Origin: an uncultured Oscillospiraceae bacterium | GTDB lineage: Bacteria; Bacillota; Clostridia; Oscillospirales; Ruminococcaceae | Direction of reading: 5' to 3' | NCBI GenBank assembly: GCA_964507095.1 | Contig: CAZDOS010000002.1 | Location: 5,325-69,324 of the forward strand | DNA: 64,000 nucleotides | Part shown: positions 57,891 to 64,000 of the stretch, one piece after another | Numbering within the stretch: the first letter of the stretch is position 1 | Layout: every line of letters starts with the position of its first letter | Position numbers and translations under genes: made by a program | Notes under the pieces: generated by a model | Told to the model about the DNA's origin: nothing | Seen by the model: the letters and a program-made list of their open reading frames with translations, nothing else | The model's database searches: none

Positions 57891-58322
57891 TTACTTTTTG
57901 AGGCTGTCCCTGATCTCTCTGAGAAGGAGAACTTCCTCGCTTGGCTCTGGCTCGGGTTCCGGTTCCGGTTCCGGCTCCGGTGCAGGCTCTTCCTTTTTCT
58001 TCATGTTGTTGAGCGCCTTGACTATCATGAACACCACAAGAGCGATCAGAAGGAAATTGATGATGTTCTGAATGAACGTTCCGTAGTTTATTGCGGCTTC
58101 TGCGATCCCCGCAGCCTCATCGCCCGGCGTGAGAACTATCTTCAGGTTGTCAAAGTTCACCTTGCCGAGGGCAAGTCCGATTATCGGCATGAGCAGATCC
58201 TTAACAAGGCTGTTTACGATAGCCGTGAAGGCAGAACCGATGATGACACCGACTGCCATGTCCATCACGTTGCCCCTAGAGATGAACTGCTTGAATTCCC
58301 GAATCAAACCTTTCTTTTCCAT
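57891..58322 (-). CDS. mscL: Large-conductance mechanosensitive channel with (Glu-Pro)n tail
   Basis: FKQFISRGNVMDMAVGVIIGSAFTAIVNSLV is the canonical MscL TM1. ATG 58322 follows GGAGGA. Confidence 0.92.
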   Translation of the reverse strand: MEKKGLIREFKQFISRGNVMDMAVGVIIGSAFTAIVNSLVKDLLMPIIGLALGKVNFDNLKIVLTPGDEAAGIAEAAINYGTFIQNIINFLLIALVVFMIVKALNNMKKKEEPAPEPEPEPEPEPEPSEEVLLLREIRDSLKK

Positions 58323-58598
58323 TGTATCCTCCATCAGACTCTCCTCGGTATCGCCACCGTCGGAGAGACAATCATATATATAGATATACATTTGAATTAT
58401 AATGTTTTTTCCCCGTTTTTACAACACGTTGAGGGCAAATATATATCCCTCCGGACTTAATGTATACACAACTTCAACACATTTTGACAGTAAAATCAAT
58501 TTTGCAAAATGGATTAGGGGTAATAATGCCGTTTTGCCGACCTAAACGGTCGTTTTATGGTTCTTGATAAGAACTCCTCTAAAAACACATAAGCGATT

Positions 58599-58634
58599 GG
58601 CAGGAGCCCACCTCGGAAGAGGTGGGCTCCTGCC
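58599..58634 (-). terminator. Strong hairpin after the nitroreductase gene
   Basis: 16-bp perfect stem GGCAGGAGCCCACCTC-GGAA-GAGGTGGGCTCCTGCC. Confidence 0.8.
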
Positions 58635-58645
58635 ATCTGTTTATA

Positions 58646-59167
58646 TTATTTAATAAATTTGACGACCTTATCAAAATCGTTCCTCTGATAGTGTCTCGGT
58701 GCCGGCAGGCAGTCCTCGGCAATATATCCTATGGGCAGCAGACATACAGGGAGTATGCCCTCTTCAAGTCCGAAGTCCTTCCGGATCTCCCGGGCATTCA
58801 TATATCTGATCCATATGCTCCCAAGTCCCAGATCCGTGGCCTGCAGCATCATATATGTCGTTGCGATGCTGGCATCCATGACTGCGCTGTCGTATCCGGG
58901 CTCCACATCGCCGCCTTTCCAGGAGACTCTCGTATCCGCACAAACCAGGATCACCACCGGAGCGCCGTATCTCATCTTTGCTGACTTTCCAAGCTTTGAA
59001 AATGCTTCTTCGCCTGTCAGCACATACAGTCTCTGAGGCTGAGCGTTTACGGCTGTCGGACAGATCCTGCCCGCCTCCAGAACGGCTCTGAGCTTTTCCT
59101 CTTCCACTGGTCTGTCACTGAATTTCCTTACCGAGAACCTCTTGTCCAAAACTTCCCTGAATTCCAT
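58646..59167 (-). CDS. Nitroreductase-family protein
   Basis: RFSVRKFSDRPV N-terminal FMN-binding motif and nitroreductase size. Confidence 0.85.
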   Translation of the reverse strand: MEFREVLDKRFSVRKFSDRPVEEEKLRAVLEAGRICPTAVNAQPQRLYVLTGEEAFSKLGKSAKMRYGAPVVILVCADTRVSWKGGDVEPGYDSAVMDASIATTYMMLQATDLGLGSIWIRYMNAREIRKDFGLEEGILPVCLLPIGYIAEDCLPAPRHYQRNDFDKVVKFIK

Positions 59168-59234
59168 ATTTTTCTCCTTTCAGATGGTGATTTGCAATCA
59201 ATGCCGCATCAAAAGATGCGGCATTGTAGGTCTG

Positions 59235-59525
59235 TTATCTGTTGTTGAACTCGAAGCTGTCTTCGATCCCAAGATCCTTGAGGACCTTTGCATAATCTCT
59301 GGTAAATGTTCCATCCTCCAGCTTTATCAGAGGAAATCCTATGGAGGTGGTGCCCCTCAGTCCATCAAAGCATGGAAGGGTGTCCCTGAGATAGTTGAAT
59401 TCCTTCAACAGTGTGATCGATCCCGTCACGTTCATGAATACCGGCATATAGTGATTCTTTGTCAGTATGTTGAGGAACCGGAGCGTTCCGGGACATACAT
59501 TGCTTCCGTAAACTGTGATAGCCAT
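59235..59525 (-). CDS. Small thioredoxin-fold / glutaredoxin-like protein
   Basis: ITVYGSNVCPGT (single-Cys CPxT site) and the fold pattern. The start is moved to MAITVYG to avoid overlap with the upstream gene. Confidence 0.6.
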   Translation of the reverse strand: MAITVYGSNVCPGTLRFLNILTKNHYMPVFMNVTGSITLLKEFNYLRDTLPCFDGLRGTTSIGFPLIKLEDGTFTRDYAKVLKDLGIEDSFEFNNR

Positions 59526-59553
59526 TGCCAATTTCCTTTCGTCAGAGTATTTG

Positions 59554-60288
59554 TTAAATGACGTGGTCCGCAAGAAGGAGCTTGCCTACCAGGTCATCGA
59601 AAATGCTGTCTGAAGTGAAGTCATCCTCGTAATATCTGTTTTCAATAACATCGAATACTATGTATCCGCTTGATCCATCAGGCATCGTTACAGGATAAAG
59701 AGCTCTCATGACATGCACATGGATCGTGCTTGCGCCCTCGCCCGGTGTTGCCGTATGGCTCATGTGTATAAAATGGACCTGCTTGCCCTCAATGAACTTT
59801 GTCTGGACCTGCGAAACCTTTATGGACTCTTCGTCTGCATATGATGGGTCGCCTGCCCAGTAATCATCGAGGAAATTGCTGAGCTTGTCTTCGTCTGATA
59901 CATCCATTACATCGTCAAAGCTCGTCCTGACTTCAATGCTTCCCACATCGACGCCGGAGATGAAGATATCCCCTGTCCAGCTCCTTGTTTCCCATGAGTA
60001 GTATGCGCCGACCGGCCGCCTGTTGCTCGCTACACTTTCAGCGTCTGCAAAGAACCTTCTTATGGAGATGACAGGAGTGCCTTCCCGATCGCTTGCCACA
60101 CAGAACATTCTGCCCTTTTCAGGGATCTCGTCCTCATAATCGGTATTCTGTGCATAAGAGAAGTCTGAAACTTCATGTCTCTCCCAGAACTTTCCCCGTG
60201 GCCTTGGTTCTTCCTTTTCTCCGCATCCGGCAAGGAATGCAAGGACAAGGATCAGCAATGCTGCAAATGCTATTCTTTTCTTCATCAT
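59554..60288 (-). CDS. Hypothetical lipoprotein
   Basis: Signal peptide plus lipobox MKKRIAFAALLILVLAFLAGC. No family recognised. Confidence 0.75.
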   Translation of the reverse strand: MMKKRIAFAALLILVLAFLAGCGEKEEPRPRGKFWERHEVSDFSYAQNTDYEDEIPEKGRMFCVASDREGTPVISIRRFFADAESVASNRRPVGAYYSWETRSWTGDIFISGVDVGSIEVRTSFDDVMDVSDEDKLSNFLDDYWAGDPSYADEESIKVSQVQTKFIEGKQVHFIHMSHTATPGEGASTIHVHVMRALYPVTMPDGSSGYIVFDVIENRYYEDDFTSDSIFDDLVGKLLLADHVI

Positions 60289-60410
60289 AATCTCCAAAAT
60301 CATTAAAAATTACTGTATCAAATATATCACTTGACTGTGGCTTTTTCAACCTCTGCATACCAAAACGGAGAGGATTAACAAATAATTAATCGTTTGTACA
60401 TAACTGCCGC

Positions 60411-60462
60411 AAAAGCAAAGACCGGCCCGCTTTCGGGGCTTTAACCCCTCTGCGGACCGGTC
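60411..60462 (-). terminator. Rho-independent terminator after the MATE gene
   Basis: GACCGGCCCGC...GCGGACCGGTC long hairpin with a U-rich tail on the minus strand. Confidence 0.75.
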
Positions 60463-60512
60463 ATCATTTGTTCAGTTTTAACTATTTGCCCTTATGACTG
60501 CGAAGCCGATCA

Positions 60513-61985
60513 TTAAGCTCTCTCTGAGGTGGACTTGAATGATGTCTTCCACTTGCCGCTGTGGTATCTCATGAATACGAGCAGCGTGCGCAGACCCTGG
60601 TCGCACATCATGGCGATCCAAGCACCGTGCAGTCCGAGGCCCATGATCTTAACGAGGATATAGGCAATCAGCGGACGTACGACAAGCATCGTGAAGCCGG
60701 AGATATATGCAACTGCCTTCGTGTCGCCGGCTCCTCTCATTGAACCTGCAAGTATCAGCTGGCTGGCCTGGAACGGCTGCATTACCGCTACCATCAGGAG
60801 TATCTGTGATCCGAGAATCCTGATCTCCTCAACGTCAGTGTAGAGACCGACGAGGTTTCCGCCGAAAAATACCATGATGGCCGCAAAGAACAGCGCGACA
60901 ATGAAGCCCATGTTCTGGCATCTCTTTGAGTATGACTGAGCCATGTCAGGCCTCTTCTTACCAAGGGACTGTCCGACAAGGGATGTCGAGGATACGGCGA
61001 ATGCCTGACCGTTCATGAACGACAGCGACTGTATGTTCATACAGATGTTGTGCGTGGCATAGACATTGGTTCCAAGGCTTGTGACGATTCTTGTGAACAT
61101 CAGCATGCCGGCACGCATGATCAGCTGCTCCACGGCTGCAGGGATACCGATCTTGATGGTATCTCTCATGATCGGACCGTTCGGCTTGAAAGCTCCCTTC
61201 CGGAACGAAAGGTGCAGATAACGCTTCTTCTGGGTGATCACTGTGAAAGCAATCAGGAAAGCAACTGTCTGTCCGATGATCGTAGCGATGGCCGCACCGG
61301 CGATCTCGAGTCTTGGGAATCCGAGATGTCCGCTGATCAGACAGTAGTTGAGGAATACGTTCACAACGTTTGCAATGGTGTTGTAAACAAGTGTTATACG
61401 GCTGTTACCGACTGCGCGGAACGCGGAAGTGAACACGCTTGTGAACGCCATTGGCAGCATGCCCAACCGCCTCCATCTGAAGTAGATGATGGCTGCTTCC
61501 ACGGTCTGAGGATCATCTGATCCCATTATGCCGATGAGCGGCCTTGCAAAAGTCATGGCAACTGCGAACATTACGATTCCCACAATGGCATTCATGAGAA
61601 CGCCCTGATTGAGTATCCTGTTTGCGCCATCCTGGTCACCTCTGCCTCTTGCACGGGCGACAAGTGCCATCGTACCGGTGTTAAGTGCCATGATAGCTGT
61701 CATGAGCAGGAACATCGGAAGGTTGGAGATACCTACTGCCGAAATAGCGTACGGTCCGAGTGTACCGACCTGGATCTGGTCGAACATACCGACCAGCTGC
61801 ATGAGCATGAGCTCCATGAATGCAGGCCATCCGATGTTTACGACATCGCGATATAGCATTCCGCTGGTCACGCCTTCGGGCAGAGTCTTTGAATATCGTT
61901 CATTCATGCCATAGTCGTTGTTTTCATCGCCCCGAGGCATGTCATCCAACGCTATGTGAATGGTCTTCTTGGTTTTTTCTGCCAT
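60513..61985 (-). CDS. MATE-family efflux transporter
   Basis: 12-TM profile with a MATE-type N-terminal region. ATG 61985 follows AGGAGGAAAA. Confidence 0.85.
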   Translation of the reverse strand: MAEKTKKTIHIALDDMPRGDENNDYGMNERYSKTLPEGVTSGMLYRDVVNIGWPAFMELMLMQLVGMFDQIQVGTLGPYAISAVGISNLPMFLLMTAIMALNTGTMALVARARGRGDQDGANRILNQGVLMNAIVGIVMFAVAMTFARPLIGIMGSDDPQTVEAAIIYFRWRRLGMLPMAFTSVFTSAFRAVGNSRITLVYNTIANVVNVFLNYCLISGHLGFPRLEIAGAAIATIIGQTVAFLIAFTVITQKKRYLHLSFRKGAFKPNGPIMRDTIKIGIPAAVEQLIMRAGMLMFTRIVTSLGTNVYATHNICMNIQSLSFMNGQAFAVSSTSLVGQSLGKKRPDMAQSYSKRCQNMGFIVALFFAAIMVFFGGNLVGLYTDVEEIRILGSQILLMVAVMQPFQASQLILAGSMRGAGDTKAVAYISGFTMLVVRPLIAYILVKIMGLGLHGAWIAMMCDQGLRTLLVFMRYHSGKWKTSFKSTSERA

Positions 61986-62187
61986 TTTTCCTCCTGTCTT
62001 TTTCCGTTTCCCCCGAGTGCGAAAAACAAAATCTCTCTTGCAAAAAGCAATCGAGAATCTGCACACTTACACTCCAAACGGTAGTTCTTCAAATTTTTTC
62101 GATATATTATATAAATTAAATCGGCATTTGTAAAGTTTTTTATACCAATTTGGTAGATTTTCGGGACGTATTTCTTTCAAGTGTATC

Positions 62188-62230
62188 AAAAAAGACACAC
62201 TGCTTGACCAAAGAGGCCATGCAGTGTGTT
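62188..62230 (-). terminator. Rho-independent terminator after ptsI
   Basis: GACACACTGC / GCAGTGTGTT stem with a 17-nt loop and UUUUUU on the minus strand. Confidence 0.7.
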
Positions 62231-62243
62231 GATTATGGGTTTA

Positions 62244-63860
62244 TCAAAGAGTTTCAGCCTGTTCAAGCAGCTTCCTTCTCATTGAAGTTATTTCGTTCTG
62301 GGCCATTGACAGGCATGTCACTCCTGCCGCCACATATCTTTTTGCACACTCAATATTCCGGGCGCTCTCACCGCAGATCGACACATCGACTCCGGCTCCG
62401 GCAGCGTTTTTCGCTGTCAGCTCAACAAGTTTCATAACTGACGGATGAAGCGGATCGTAATACCAGTCGACATCCGTATTGAGTCTGTCCGCTGCCAGCG
62501 TATACTGGACCAGATCGTTCGTGCCTATGGAGAAGAAACTGACCAGTTCGCTCAGTTCATCGCTGATGAGAGCGGCTGAAGGCGTCTCTATCATAACTCC
62601 CCAGGTAAGCCTGTCTTCATTTATCAGACCTTCGCTGAGAAGTTCGTCCTTTACGGAATCGGCCATCGTCTTGAAATCGATAACATCCTTGACAGTTGAC
62701 ACCATCGGGAGCATGACTTTGACCGGTCCGGTTCTTTCGGCGGCCACATACAGGGCCCTAACCTGCGTTTCAAACAATTCCCTGTATCTGTATTGCAGCC
62801 TTACTCCCCTCAGGCCAAGCGCCGGGTTGGGCTCGGCCACATTCCTGACTTCTCCGAACTGCTTGTCGGAGCCGATGTCGAAGACCCTTATCGTTATATC
62901 CCTGCCCCGGGCAGCCTCGATGCACCTTGAATAGAAATCAAGCTGTCTTTCATATGTAGGATAGTCCTCTTTCATGAAGAGTATCTCGCTCCTGACGAGT
63001 CCGATGCCTTCCGCTCCGTTCTCGATGGCGGCTGTGATATCCCGCGGATCGTTGCAGTTGGCGTAGAGCCTGACCGTCTTTCCGCTTTTGAGCACTATCG
63101 GTCTCATCTTCGCGTCAAGATCGTCTTTCTTTTCCTGTTCCGCCTTTGCTACCTTCTTCTGAAATTCCTCAAGATATTCCCGGTCAGGGGAGATAACGAG
63201 AGTTCCTTCATCCCCGTCCACGCAGGCTGTTCTTCCGTTGTTGAGAGGGTTCAGCACCTCGCTGTCCAGTCCGCACACTGAAGGAATTCCCATGGTCCTT
63301 GCGATGATGTTGGAATGGCTCTGATAGCTTCCTCCGACAGTAATGAAGGCCAGGGCATATTTCCTGTCGATGGATGCGAGGTCGCTCGGCAGTATTTCAT
63401 CGGCGACTATGATGCACGGCTCAGATAAAGCAAATCTCTCCCTGCTTCTGCCGTCAAGTATGTCAACGACCCTTCCGAGAGCATCCCTAATGTCCGATGT
63501 TCTTTCCATCAGATAGCTGTCACCTGTGTTCTTCAGCCTGTTGCAATACTCGTCCATGGCAAGCTCGACAGCTCTCGCCGCGCCGACTCCCCCGTTGATG
63601 TGTTCATGGATCATTACATTGAGACCGTTGTCATCAAGCATCATGAGCTGGAAATTGAGTATGTCCCTGTGTTCTGTGTCCCCGGACCGCATCAGGGATC
63701 TGATCTCGTCTTTCGCAAGGATGATCGCAGCCTCATACAGTGCCTTTTCTCTGCTTGTAGCCAGGACAACTCTCTTGAAGCCCGCTATCCTTCTGTTAAT
63801 AACCTTGATCTTGCCTGTGGCGTACCCTTTAGAGGCGGCCATTCCCTCGTATCTGACCAT
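62244..63860 (-). CDS. ptsI: Phosphoenolpyruvate-protein phosphotransferase (PTS enzyme I)
   Basis: Phospho-His region GGSYQSHSNIIARTMGIP and the C-terminal PEP-utilising motif FFSIGTNDLVQY. Confidence 0.93.
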   Translation of the reverse strand: MVRYEGMAASKGYATGKIKVINRRIAGFKRVVLATSREKALYEAAIILAKDEIRSLMRSGDTEHRDILNFQLMMLDDNGLNVMIHEHINGGVGAARAVELAMDEYCNRLKNTGDSYLMERTSDIRDALGRVVDILDGRSRERFALSEPCIIVADEILPSDLASIDRKYALAFITVGGSYQSHSNIIARTMGIPSVCGLDSEVLNPLNNGRTACVDGDEGTLVISPDREYLEEFQKKVAKAEQEKKDDLDAKMRPIVLKSGKTVRLYANCNDPRDITAAIENGAEGIGLVRSEILFMKEDYPTYERQLDFYSRCIEAARGRDITIRVFDIGSDKQFGEVRNVAEPNPALGLRGVRLQYRYRELFETQVRALYVAAERTGPVKVMLPMVSTVKDVIDFKTMADSVKDELLSEGLINEDRLTWGVMIETPSAALISDELSELVSFFSIGTNDLVQYTLAADRLNTDVDWYYDPLHPSVMKLVELTAKNAAGAGVDVSICGESARNIECAKRYVAAGVTCLSMAQNEITSMRRKLLEQAETL

Positions 63861-63908
63861 TTTTGCTCCTTATTTCTTTATTCGTGTAAAGTGCATGTTT
63901 GCAATACT

Positions 63909-64000
63909 TACTGATTTTCCCTGTACTCTCCGAAAAGGTTCATTACATATTCGTTCGTTGGATGCAATACCTCGTAGAAATCCCGGGATGTAGTGTCTGA
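63909..64000 (-). CDS. 3' end of an unidentified gene running off the window (…FYEVLHPTNEYVMNLFGEYRENQ)
   Basis: The open frame reaches the window edge and ends at TAA 63909-63911. It does not look like HPr. Confidence 0.3.

Overview
This is a chromosomal window from a Gram-positive anaerobe. It looks Clostridia/Lachnospiraceae-like from GGAGG-type RBSs, a T-box leader, nrdDG and Listeria-Bacteroides-repeat surface proteins, but the taxon is an inference. I call about 50 protein genes, most on the minus strand, plus one tRNA-Arg(ACG), one T-box leader and many hairpin terminators. I saw no rRNA, CRISPR array, intact IS/transposase, integrase or phage structural genes.

Gene order:
- ABC permease/ATPase, then a PNPOx-ferredoxin fusion.
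- T-box-controlled metNIQ-type transporter.
- M18 aminopeptidase and a MATE pump.
- nrdDG divergent from a Crp/Fnr regulator, then MscS.
- A 1379-aa N-anchored modular surface protein, then an MFS transporter.
- An orphan 502-aa membrane protein, a flavodoxin-like reductase and DUF4298.
- A WYL-regulator + atypical nucleosidase bicistron, divergent from a 746-aa surface protein.
- Mrp/NBP35 and two GT2 glycosyltransferases.
- tRNA-Arg followed by a ~5-kb decayed island.
- A ula/sgb-like pentose-phosphate cluster carrying several uncharacterised genes and a tandem bicupin-like pair.
- DD-carboxypeptidase, Rrf2 regulator, cardiolipin synthase.
- APC permease, aminotransferase, cyclophilin and two tandem C26 amidotransferases.
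- DUF1292, an unexplained structured intergenic region, tcdA and enolase.
- A TPM/TelA/XpaC/MscL envelope-stress cluster.
- Nitroreductase, a glutaredoxin-like protein, a lipoprotein, a MATE pump and ptsI.

Best candidates for something undescribed:
- The terminator-bounded WYL + PNP-family nucleosidase pair, in which the catalytic Asp is replaced by Asn.
- The ula-like cluster that lacks a recognisable decarboxylase or transporter but has three unknown genes, next to a bicupin-like paralog pair.
- The tRNA-Arg island remnant.
- The two non-LPXTG surface proteins.

All functional calls come from reading motifs by eye. No database search was run.
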